Shown: positions 13,787 through 25,760 of the stretch, one piece after another
Layout: each line of letters begins with the position of its first letter
How positions within the stretch are numbered: position 1 is the first letter of the stretch
Assembly (NCBI GenBank): GCA_044892525.1
Contig: CM097885.1
Span: forward strand, 4,528,001-4,592,000
Source of the DNA: Schmidtea polychroa
Lineage: Eukaryota
Direction of reading: 5' to 3'
Length of the DNA: 64,000 nt
Made by a program: the position numbers and the translations under genes
Notes under the pieces: generated by a model
The model's input: the letters and a program-made list of their open reading frames with translations, nothing else
Databases searched by the model: none
Told to the model about the DNA's origin: nothing

Positions 13787-13849
<63 letters not shown>

Positions 13850-13958
13850 GTTTAATGGGTTGTATATGTGTGTAGAAAATATTTTAGGTTTTTAATATTG
13901 ATAATAATAATAATGGTTAATGGGTTGTGGGTGTGTAAACCATATTTTAGGTTTTTCG

Positions 13959-14002
<44 letters not shown>

Positions 14003-14209
14003 TCCCGCGCCTGTTAATACTTTTAAAGAAATAATTGAAAATTTAAAAAATAATAATATTTATGCAAAGCATGTGCAATAATTATGTCTTTGTTAATTTA
14101 GTAAACTTTAGTGTCAAAATAAGTTTTTAAAATATATTTAAATTTTAAAATACCACAACGTAATATATTTTTGTCATACCCTTTCATTGATTTAAGTTGG
14201 TCAGAATTT
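12635..14209 (+). repeat. Right arm of a ~1.5 kb inverted duplication
   Basis: Mirror of 8237-9705; it additionally carries a mini-Penelope insertion. Confidence 0.92.
13589..13790 (-). mobile_element. Minimal palindromic Penelope insertion (pLTR 3' end with tail plus inverted copy)
   Basis: Identical to the 3' end of the pLTR at 4678-4797 in both orientations; flanked by AAT tracts; absent from the mirror arm near 8660-8690. Confidence 0.88.
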
Positions 14210-14364
14210 AATAATAATTATATTATTCTCTTTGAGACATGTTGAATGTGAGTAGTACACTTTTGACCATTACCCATATGAGCAATACCCATAGGGGATA
14301 GAATATCTTGTCGAATAGACTAGAAGTATATATGATAATAATATTCCCTGCGCGCGTAATAATA

Positions 14365-14395
<31 letters not shown>

Positions 14396-14550
14396 TGAAC
14401 TTGTATTTGAAAATAATAATAATAATTTACGACATATTGAGTGTGAGTAGTACCCTTGTGACAATTACCCACGTGAGTAGTACCTTTGTGAGCAATGCCC
14501 TTAGGGGGATAAAATATCTTGTCGGATAAACTCGGTGTATATAAAAATAA

Positions 14551-14615
<65 letters not shown>

Positions 14616-14679
14616 TCTTTCGCGCGTGCGTTAATATCTTTAAAATTAATAATGATTATAAATATCTCTATATCTCATT

Positions 14680-15290
14680 AGTAAGGTCTTGCATAGAGCT
14701 TTAAAATAAGCTATCGTTCAATAAAGCATGTTAGTAATAACATTAATTTTTGAGATGAAAAAAAGTATGGCCCTTCTGGACCAATTAATAATATTTTGAA
14801 AAAAAAAATTATGAGTCATTGTATGAGTCATCGTTCTAAAAATATGATGAGTCATAGGATGAGTCATCGTTCTAATAATATGGTGCGTCATAGTATGAGT
14901 CATTGTCTTTGTTCAAAAATGTTACTAAAAATAGATTCAAATGTTACTAAAAATATTTTATTACTAAAAATAGAATGACCCTAACGAATCATTGCCTTTG
15001 TTCTAAAAATATGATGAGTCATCGGATGATAGGAATCTATAAATCATCTTAAAGGTCTTGCACTGGGCTTTAAGATGAGCTATCGATAGATAAAATTTGT
15101 TGGCGGGAACATTAATTTTTGGGATGAAAAAAAGTATGGGCCTTCTGGATCACTTAATTAAATAAAAATGACGTTGACGTTGACGTTGACCTTTTATTTA
15201 AAAAAAAAATTTCCCGCGGGGGGGAAGGGGTAGGGTGGAGGGTATGTGATCCAGCGGAGTCCTGATCTTGGGAGCCCACAACCACATACT
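14680..15290 (+). mobile_element. Polinton right terminus no. 2 with TGAGTCA array
   Basis: Six perfect TGAGTCA sites (14812-15021), (TGACGT)3, G tracts, ggtatgtgatccagcgga shared with terminus 1; ends CCACATACT. Confidence 0.65.
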
Positions 15291-16185
15291 TATGGTCACT
15301 CTATAATTAAATGTGGTTTTTATTTTAATTATTTTTTTAATTATTTTAATTTTTTATAGTACTTTTGTTGTTTCCTATTGTTATTATTCTGCTATGTTTT
15401 ATTTTTTTGTTTTAATCTTTTTTCTTAGCCCAGCAATTATAAAAAAGTAAAAAAAAAATTTAATTTTTAAAAAATAAGTCAAAAATTAAAATATGTAAAC
15501 TTTTAAATTTCGATCCTATCGAAACCTTATTAGAAATGATCCAACATGTTCTCTATTATACTGCCGATCATTTAAAATTTAAATCATGTTTGAAAAAATC
15601 AAAACAAAATTTGACTCATTATTGTTGAAGGTCTAAGTAGAACCATAATGTATAGCACACACGACTCTATACATGGTGAAAATTGTGACCATAAAATAAT
15701 AAGGAATCCTTTAAAACGACATTATAAAAGTTCTTTGTTAAATGGAGATAGAAATAAGTATATGGAAGAATGTCATAAAAATTCGAAAAATGCTGAAATA
15801 CCACAGAATTTACTAGAATTTGATTAAAGTTAGATTTAATAACAATTTGAGATCTAAAACTAATTAAAAAATATTCAAAAAATAATAATGACAGAATTTT
15901 TGTCTCAAATAAATAAAAACACACTGAAAATTTATATTATTAAATATATCGCATTCATAGCCGAGAAACAATATTTTAAAATCTTTGTTTATCTACATCA
16001 AAAAATAAATTATAAAACTTTGAAATTTAAAATGTAAGAGGAAATAATTAATATAATAATTATGATTTATAAAATATATAAAATATTGAATTATTTTGAT
16101 AATTTCATAATTTGAAATATAAAATTGGAATATTTAATTGATTTATTTTCACAATAATAATTATTTATCATTTAATCAATTAATT

Positions 16186-17607
16186 ATGTCAATTTTAGAT
16201 AAAATGTTTGCAAGCGTATGGGAAATGATGAAGAGGAATAAATTTAAATTTGATAATGAAATCAGCAGTGAATTGATATGCAGAATTTGCAAATGTTTAA
16301 TGATAAAGGCTTGCAATGCTCCTTGCGGTTGTCGCTTTTGTTCTGATTGCATTGAGCATTATTTGGATGGAAATGATAAATTCTGCCCAGGAGCAGCAAA
16401 ACATTGTGGAAAAAAAATGATAAATTTCAATAAGGATGTTTCTGAAGATCATGTAGCCAATTTAAGGATTTCAGAAGTGATAGTGAAATGCCCGATGCAA
16501 AATTGTCACTTCAGAGATGAATTAGAGGTGATGGAGAGCCACATGAGGGCATGCAACAAGCAGCCAATCAGCTGCCCGTTCAATAGGATTGGATGCGAAA
16601 CCAATGAGGTGGTGAAGGATGAAATGGGAGTCCATCTCAATGAGAACAATGAAGGCCATAGCAAATTACTGATTGATCAGATCAGCAATTTGTGCAATGA
16701 GATGCAGTCAATGAGAGAGGAGAATGCCAAATTGCGTGAGGAAATTACCAATATCAATGTAAAATTTTATTTGTAATTAATTTATTGATATTTGTGATTG
16801 TAGGTGAAATTGTGCAATATTGAAAGGAAAGAGGCGGAGAACAGAGCAGAAATAGAAGAATTGAATGAGGAAATGGTGGCAGTGAAGAATGAGAATCGCT
16901 CATTGAGAATGGAGATGGAGACAAATATTGGATCAATCAATCAAGTTTGATTATTGATTTGATTTGTTATTGATGCAAAGCAGATCAGACAGCAAATTGA
17001 GGTGATTGAATCAAAATGTAAACAGCAAATTGATGAGATGAAAGAGAAATGCGAGCAGCGGCTGCAACGGGAGAATGAAAAGGTGATTTATTGATTTATT
17101 GAAATGTTTGAATTTGACATTCAGTTGCAGTTTGAAATGGCGAAATGCGCCAATGAAATTCGGCAGATTGAAACAAAATTAGGAAGTGAAAAATATATAA
17201 ATTATGGATTTTTTGAATGGCAAATCGATAAATTTTCACAACAAAAGAGAAATGAATGGATTTACAGCGAGGCATTTTATTCCGGGCCAATCGGTTACAA
17301 AATGTGCTTGGCCGTGGTGATTGGAAGTAATAGAACTGGTTTCAGTGTGATGCGTGGGGCAAATGATGAGCAATTGGATTGGCCGTTCAAACAATCGGTG
17401 ACAATCGATGTGATCAATCCAGAAAATGGCAGCATTTATATGAGCCAGTCAATGAAATATTCAGATCGCCATGATGATGCCGGATGGAGGAAACCGTCAA
17501 ATGACAGAAATTATCCAATTTGCATTTATAATTATGATAACTCAATCTATCAATTAGCAACCAAAAATGATAAATTGATGCTCAGGTGCAGAACTGAAAA
17601 ATTATGA
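16186..17607 (+). CDS. TNF receptor-associated factor (TRAF) family protein, 4 exons, ~432 aa
   Basis: Exons 16186-16758, 16804-16944, 16981-17082, 17125-17607 with phase-0 GT-AG introns. RING (CRIC...CGCRFCSDC...CPG), TRAF zinc fingers (CPMQNC...HMRAC; CPFNRIGC...H), coiled coil, MATH (FEWQI, FYSGPIGYKMCL, MRGANDEQLDWPFKQ). Confidence 0.92.
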
Positions 17608-17738
17608 CATTTAAACAAACATTTCAATAAAAAATTGATTTATTTTGGCTTTGATTTATTTTATTATGCGTTTGATATAATTATGTAATGCTATCAAGTT
17701 GTGATTGATAAATAAAATGAATTATTTATATTTGATCA

Positions 17739-18625
17739 TTTATTAATATTTCTGTGAGTCATTATACTTATTTCCACATTTAGGCCATTTCCTGCATAAC
17801 GTGTAATTCATGAGTAAATTCGCCTCAACGAATTCTTCATCGTGATGATGGCAAATGGAGGAAATGATCAAATGATAGAAATGATCTCATTTGCATTTAT
17901 AATTGCCTTGATATCTCAATCAATTCATTTGCTGCCACAAAGAGATAAATTGCTGCTTAGATACTAAATTGAAAATTTGAAATGCATTTAAACAAATATT
18001 TAAATAAAAATTGATCTAATTGTTTTCACTATTTAAATTAATTATCTTAATATTATTTAAAAATAATATTTGCGCTTTATTTATTCATATTCTTTTATAT
18101 TCAGTATTTGTTCTTATGAGCTTGACCGATTTGATGCTTTAATATCGGTGGTTAATTCTGACTACTCTGTATGTAGGAGAGGTGCGTCCTTCCGGACGAT
18201 ATGTGGTCTCTGTATTACTAAAACTGGCTTCTTTGTTACTTCATTTTTTTCTTATTCATTACCAAAATGAGGGCGAAAGACATTTGGAAATCAAAATATC
18301 AAGTCATTGGGGCATCGGGACATCAGGTCATCGTGTTATCATGACATCTGGTCATTGGAACATGGATATATCAGTTTGCCATGTTATCAAAATTTAGTGA
18401 CAGTGTTTTTGTATATAATATTTTCTATTTTATTTAGTGAAGTCAAGTAAACAGTCAGTAAACAAAAAATGAGAAAATAAAAGCCATTGCGATGCTCACA
18501 ATAAAACGCCATCACAATGCATAGAATAAAAACTCATCACAATGTATAGAATAAAAAACCCATCACAGGTCATTGCAATATTATACATAGTACACATATA
18601 TACTGGATATTTATGATGTAATTGT
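17739..18625 (+). repeat. TRAF 3'-flank segment containing a degenerate MATH C-terminus; inverted copy at 51143-51974
   Basis: 17839-17985 reads HRDDGKWRK*SNDRNDLICIY...DKLLLR; the whole segment is the reverse complement of 51143-51974 with scattered differences. Confidence 0.88.
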
Positions 18626-18729
18626 TTAGCATGTGGTTCATATATACATTGTAGCTTGCTATTACTGATGTATTTATGCATATTTCTGCTAATCTTTTTT
18701 ATTCATTTTCCTTCCTTTCCTCTCTTTAA

Positions 18730-19535
18730 TTAATGTTGTTACTGTTCCATGTTCAAATCAACCATCTGTCATACCATTACTTTTTGATTGGTACTTAGTA
18801 AATTCTTTAGTCTTAACCCTTTAAGGAGCCTATTGTTTATAATAGCTGAAAATATTCTATAGGATGTATCTAGTATTGTTAAAGGCCTCTATGATGATAT
18901 ATCATGACGATTTTCTTCTTTACCGGGTTTAAGAATAAGTTTTGTTTTGTATGATTTCCATATTTTTCGGCATCTTTTGTTGCGTATTATTATATCTTTT
19001 ATTTTACTTTTATTATCATATCTTTTATCTTTTAATTATATTTTTGTTGTATATATTGTTTCCGTAATTGGTATTACATTAGAAATAATATTATTCTTAA
19101 ATAGAGGGGGTGTTCTAGTTTATTATTATTTATGTTGATCGCTTATATTTTTGTGAAGTAAGCTGCTATGCGTGTGGAGGGGGGGTGGGTGGTAAATTTT
19201 GTCTTTACATTTTGTAACTTAAATATAAGTTTGTTTTTATTTATTCTTCTATATTTATTGGGATATATTAATTGCTGTATCCTATCTTTTTCTTTGAAGG
19301 CTATGCCTGGATTGTTTAGGTCTCTGTCCTGTTGTGTGGGCAGGTTATTATTGTAGTTAATATATATTGTGACGGATATGTATGGGTTCCTGTTATTTAT
19401 TATTTTAGTAATAAGGCCGTCTATCTCTCCTCTAATAGTCCTTATGCCTTGAATTGTGATCTTTCTGTTTGCGTTAAGATAAAGGGCAAATGGCATATGT
19501 AAAAGCTTGATTCTGAAATATTTTGGCATTGTCAA
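18730..19535 (-). pseudogene. Degenerate non-LTR retrotransposon RT N-terminal region (R2/NeSL-like)
   Basis: Minus strand reads TKLILKPGK...SS*RPLTILDTSYRIFSAIINNRL...LLSTNQK (RT subdomains 1-2); upstream ORF has RIQQLIYPN. Confidence 0.6.
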
Positions 19536-21931
19536 TACTGCACATCTTCAATGGAGACATTTATTTTGTTTATTGTTTCATTAAAGGTTTGTATTGCTAA
19601 AAGAGAGGGGGTTTTATGAGATTGAGTTAGCTTCTGAGGTTCCTGTATTATGATTTCTGTTTGGTTAGTATTCATTTTACTACCTTTATTTTCCATTGAT
19701 GGCTTTGTTCATAAGAAATAGTTATAAGGGGGGGTGGCAATTTTCTTTTGAATATCTTTAGTATTTTTGTTATTGTTTGAGTTGTTTGGAGTGCTTTTTG
19801 GTTTAAGATTGTCAGTTGTGTTATTCTTTATAATGGTTTTATTTGATTAGACAGGGAGATTATTTTGGGGGTATTCATTAAAACTAAAGGTAGTCTATGA
19901 CTGCTGTGTGTTATTTTTATGTTTATTGTGACATTTTTCGATATCTTCTAATTGACCTGGTCTTGCTGGGGGTATGATTTTTACTATGTCCTTCTATTGA
20001 TTGTATAGGTTATGTATGGTGTGGTCTACATGAATTATTTATGTTATGTAAGTTCAAAATTTTTGTTTTTAATGCAGTGTTGTTTGAGTTTTGTGGGGTT
20101 CTTGAAGTGTTTAATGTAGTAGTAAAAATGATATATAAAATAATAATTGATTATATGGACTTAGTCGACCGCAACGGTCATTGTGAAATCCTTGAACTTA
20201 TTGATTCACTGAAAATAACAAGAGCACGCATAATTTTAATTAACCATCTTTGAGATATAAGTAAACGGTCAGTTATTAGAACATATTCAGCAATTTAGCT
20301 TTAATTTTTTGTTTCTCAGTTGCATCATCACGTACGGCAATGGTCACTAGATGAGTCCACGAGTTTCAATTCTGTATGATGCATTTAAAAATTTCATAAC
20401 TCCTTTTAAACTATTTCAAATATTATTTAAATGCAAAAAGTTGAAATATAATTATTTATCATTTAAATATTTAATTTTATTATAATATAAATTTGTTTTA
20501 TTAATGTAGATTTTATTTTTAAATGTCCAATAAACGTTTATTTGCTTTTTGTATTCAATTTTCTGATTAACATCAAATATTTTGACGAACTAGTATGTTT
20601 ATTATATATTAATTGATATATTTATCGAATTTAATTTAGCTAAGATAGATTTCTATATGCAATTCAGAAATGCTGAATTGCAAAATGGCGATTCTGGACT
20701 GGGTAAAATTTCTGAATTTATATTATTCATTTTATTATTTATGATAATTCGGCTCTTAATAAAGTTGATTATATAGTTTTTAATGTTATCATTTTAATCC
20801 AAATTTTGTTACTATTTTACTTGAATTTATTTATATGCGTATTAAAATAGATTGGAAATTCTTTGAGTCTCTTCTATATTACTTTTTCTGATGTGTGATT
20901 TTCTTTCTAGCTGAAACTAAAATGCAAATATGTATAAATTGTATTTACTGAACTACTTCATGATGTTATTATGATGAAGATATGGAACTTTGATTTAAAA
21001 TGGATCTGATTAAAATAAGGTTAATTATTCGTCTCAAAGCGTCTTTTTGAATCTCATCTCTGTCAGAACATGCCTAAATGATATTTGATTTGAAATTATC
21101 TGTTTGTGAAAGGGCTCCATTGGTATTGAATTTATTCGACTAAGCTCTGGTAAGCGACAAGCGTTCGAACACCTCCCTAAACCTATAAAGGTATATGATA
21201 GTCAGCATGAATTATCATTACGTAACAGACCTTTCTATATTGTATAAGGTCGATGTCATGTTTTTAATAAATTTGTTCTATAAAGCAAATAATCGAATAT
21301 ATAAAAATTTATTTGACAGCATGCTTGACATTAGGTTATATGAATTAGCTTTACGCAACAGATCTTCCTATATTAATGTTAGCGTACCTTTTGAATTTAA
21401 TATTAATACTGATTTTAGCGAGTGGGAACGCGACTGGCATTCACTCATTGTGGCATATTTGAGGGAAATTCCATCCATAAAATTTTTAATTTTAATTAGA
21501 GAGAAAGTAAACTAACCATGTGAGGGAATTGAATCTTACCAGGGAATTCTAAATGATAAAAGTAAATTAATCAAATATGGAAATAATTTCAACAGCACAC
21601 AAAAACAAAGTCGACAAACAAACAGGATAGTTAAAACGATTGAGACTTCGATAAACAAATTTATTACAACATAAAATTCTTTTGAAAAAAAAGAAAATTG
21701 ATTTTCCAGCCCCAAATATATTAAACACAAAATCAGAGAAACTCATTCAAATTTCGTTGTTGGGTTAAATATATCTACCAATAAAATATTCTTACAAAAC
21801 CCATCATTCGAGATTTTGACATTCAACAAAACAAATTGGGATTTGGATGATTATCTTTGTGGTTAATTGATACATAGTAGCAAATTTATCATTACTAAAT
21901 CAATTTTATCGGGATTAATGACATGAATCTT

Positions 21932-22085
21932 TTATTCGTCATCAGAGTCAAGCAAAATCGGACTCTGGACACCACAGTACCATTCATTGCGCACATTGCA
22001 AGGCGGGCGTCGCTCGAACCCGCTGGACACATCCACACAGGCGAAGGTGCGTTTTAGGCCCTGTCGACGCAGTGGTAGAGGGACC
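21932..22085 (-). other. Isolated GC-rich putative terminal exon
   Basis: Acceptor ttttcatttccag, open frame VPLPLRRQGLKRTFACVDVSSGFERRPPCNVRNEWYCGVQSPILLDSDDE*, AATAAA overlapping the stop. Confidence 0.4.
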
Positions 22086-24714
22086 CTGGAAATGAAAATA
22101 AAAATCCGTTAGAATATCAGTAAAGAAGTAACCATTTCACAACGTCCACATGTTCAAATTTTGGTGCTGTAACAATCTAAATTAGGAATATTTGAAAAAA
22201 GTAACAAAGTAAAACCGATGTCTAATCAATAAATTAGTAAAAATCCGAACACCATAGCGCCCCCGATATATAGTTAGTAGCATAGAAATAGAGTATGATT
22301 TCTTTGAAAAGGGATAACATAGGGGTAACGAGAGAGTAAATAACCATGAAATGGATCTTTAAAAAGTAAGTGATATTAAGTTAAAACAGAATTTTTATTA
22401 TCCTAAAAATTTAGATTTGAAATCTTTAGGCAATTTAAATGTATAAATTTTCTCCTCAAGTTTTTCGGTTGTCTAAATTCTTAATAGTAATAATAATATT
22501 GAGGGTAATAATTGATGAGGTCTCACTTTTTTAAAACCCCAATTTGCTGGTTCTTAATTAGTTATTTGAATAAAAACAAAGTGTTTGAACAAAATTTATT
22601 AACAAATAAAAATAACCTTTTAATTACAAGAGTTTATCCTTTGATCTTTCTCAAAAATTCGCTATTCTAACGATGCGTGTTATGTATAGTTATAATGTAT
22701 ATCGTGCGTGTTATGTTTTGATTGTAAACAAAATATGTTAGACGTTCCGTGATGTCTTATTTTTAAATCTCAATGAGATTGCCTCATTAAGATTCAGGAA
22801 AACCTAAGAAAATTTGGGCAAATTTACTGAATATTGATGCCGTATATATACTATTTTTTAATACTGTTAAAATAAAATATTTTAATTTCCGGTTTATTAT
22901 ATTCCTTTTTAAATATTATAATTATTATCTCCTGCTATTCTTATAGCAGATGTTATTATCTATTTTATCTATTAATTTTAAAATATATTAATTTCCAGCT
23001 TGTACGCACGGAATATATAATTTTCTAATACTGATAAAACATAATTAAATATATTTTTGTATAATCTATATTGTACTTTAAATAATAATTAATATTTTTA
23101 TAATAATAATTAATGTTTTATAATATAATAATTTTATTCAATCCCCTTCTTTTTATTATAATGTTGAAAGTTTGTTGATAAAATTTATTAACATATTCAC
23201 AATATAAAATAATTAACCCATAAATCAAATGTAGTCAATAAATGTAAGAATATATACATATACAATAAATGGATAAAATAATGATTGTCAAACATAAAAT
23301 ATATACATTGTTAATAGGATCACAAAGGATAAGAATAATTATTGTTTTTTTTTTGGGTTGGATTGGATTGACGAGTATGTTGAAGCATTGGAGCTTTGCC
23401 TATTTCCGTTCCTCAGCGAACACATTAATTCTATATTTGTTTGCCCCGTTCTGTAATACTTATCTAGGGTAAATGTAGTGATGGGCCTACCCTCATCATC
23501 TAACATAATAAATAAATAATAATAACAACTAAACGCATAAAATTTATTCAGATATAGTGCTGCCTTGAGTAGGTGGTTTCTCTTTTATGAGAAATTTTAA
23601 ACGATTAATCACGGATTGTGATAACCGCCGAAAAAAAACAAAGTCTGTTTTAATTGGACACCGACTTTGAATTGACAGGCCGAGGCAGTAAATATTAAAA
23701 CTTCTGTGTCGGATAATACAGTGGAATCGAGTCTTTAATAATCATTCTGAAAATGCTTAAGTATATAGATGACTAAAATTGTTAAGAAATATGTCATAAT
23801 TAACAGCTATAATGTTGTGGCTTTTATTGTATATATAAATCTGTATTAAATTAATTGAAAATTAATTAGATGAAAATGAACAACTCAAATTATCTCCTTT
23901 TAAGAAACAACACGAAAATTTGCAATCACCGGGGTTTGGCTACCCTGGACAGCGATTGTAAAAGTTCGGTTGCTATGGGAGAAAATTGAATTTCAATCTT
24001 TAAATAAATTATTACAAATTAAATCTATGTGCATAAAATATAAATTAAACCTGAAAATATAATAAAAGAACAATTTCTTGACCAAAATCATTTTATGTTA
24101 AGATAAATTCAACCGAAAACTAATTATATTTGTAGGACAATTTATTATACATTTCAAAATATGGAAAAATGATTCCTGAGAATTCATAAAATAAAGATCG
24201 TAGCAATAATAAAAAGAATTACCTTGGAATCCATAAGCGAAATATACTGAAAGTAGGAGAGGAATTCAATAGCGATAATTCATAGAAATAAATAATTAAC
24301 TGAATAACTTATATTCAATAAAATCGGAATACGTAAGAAAATAAATTAATAAAATCGAATGAGTCCCAATGATGTAGGTGCAAGCATACCGAGATTACGC
24401 CCCAAATAAAAGAAAAATTATCTCCATGAGAAAATCCCAATATGATATAACTTACCGATAATTGTTTAAAAAAATTAATAAATTAGATTTATTAACATTC
24501 ATCCGTCCCTTAAATCGACTGTACACTACCCATCCGGGTCTTTTTCGACCCATGTAGAAATTGTTGACTTAAAATAAACAAAATGCAAATAATTAAATTA
24601 GTATTATTAGTAACGGTAATGTTGACTGTTTAGGAATAATAAAGAGTGATTTATCTGTTAATTATTTATTTATTACATTTATTACATACGTTATAAAACT
24701 TATATTAATAAATA

Positions 24715-25760
24715 ATATATTTACAAATAAATCCTTTACAATATTTACATTCTAATGCATTTTTATTGTTCGATTGTGGACAAATGTGACATCTACCTCT
24801 TTATTGACCGCGTATCTTTGCTGTTGGTATTTCAAAGGAGATGTAGTTGTGCATTTTTGTTCTAACATAAATTGTTGGCAATTGGCCGTTCGTGTTCTTT
24901 TATCAATAATTCGCCCACGGTTCAATGAAAATTCGCCTTCGATAATTTTTTTTATATTCCAATCTGGACAAACAGCTATAAATAAAATAAATGCATTTGA
25001 TCTAGATATATCTAATATATTTGCAAAAACAGTAATTGGCCATCTATTTGTTTTTTTTCGAGTACTTTAATTGGCTATCATTTTGTCTAAGGTATCAACT
25101 CCTCTCAGTAATCTGTCGGAAATCTCTTGGTAGAAGTAACTAAATATAAAATTAATTATAAAATTAAAAATCATGATGTTTCTTCGTCAAATAGAAATAA
25201 GCTTATATCCCCTATGTTGCTAAGGCCATTTCTTCGGTAGCGATATTCGTTGTATCAAATGCCCTTTGCTTTTTAGGAGAAAATTTTTGTTTCTAACACA
25301 AGTGTTTGATAAACACAGATCGATAAGCACATCCTAAACACTTGAATAAATGATTTGGAAATTCTTAACACAGTTCATATTCAGTTTCTCTTTGGCTCCG
25401 TCGTTCCTCATTGGTATATACAACGTTACCATAATAAACTGGAGCCATAAAACCTGTTCTGGATCGAAAATGACGAACAAGCCGAATGGCAGCTTGTCGG
25501 GTCACTTTCTTCTTATTTTCCATAATCCGGTCATTCATCACATCGGACACAAAAAGGCAGATTCCAGATCACTTTTTTGCCTCTTCGTTCCTAATATATC
25601 TTGAATTAGCTTTTATTTCATCATGCCCATTACCACTGGAATAACTGATTTGTGGTGACCAAGTGTTCATAGCGGCGTCGCTTTTTGATCCTTCGATGTT
25701 TCTGAATGAAACTGATGAAACTGAATTGCTATATAAATCTTTACGAATATCCACATCAAA
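24715..25760 (-). pseudogene. Internally deleted piggyBac transposase remnant
   Basis: GVDTLDKMIAN*STRKKTNRWPITVFANILDI..NAFIL and C-terminal RCHIC...CKYCKGFICK Cys-rich domain; N-terminal-like pieces at 25365-25754. Confidence 0.78.

Noticed and set aside
14811..14905. Short repeat array resembling CRISPR, and the MTH/MSH repeat ORFs
   Set aside because: Eukaryotic context, no unique spacers, no cas genes; explained by TGAGTCA repeats.
21195..21515. Possible LINE 3' end
   Set aside because: Only vague resemblance; no diagnostic RT motif.
23345..23500. Possible minus-strand exon (RPITTFTLDKYY...ELMCSLRNG)
   Set aside because: No partner exons or family recognisable.
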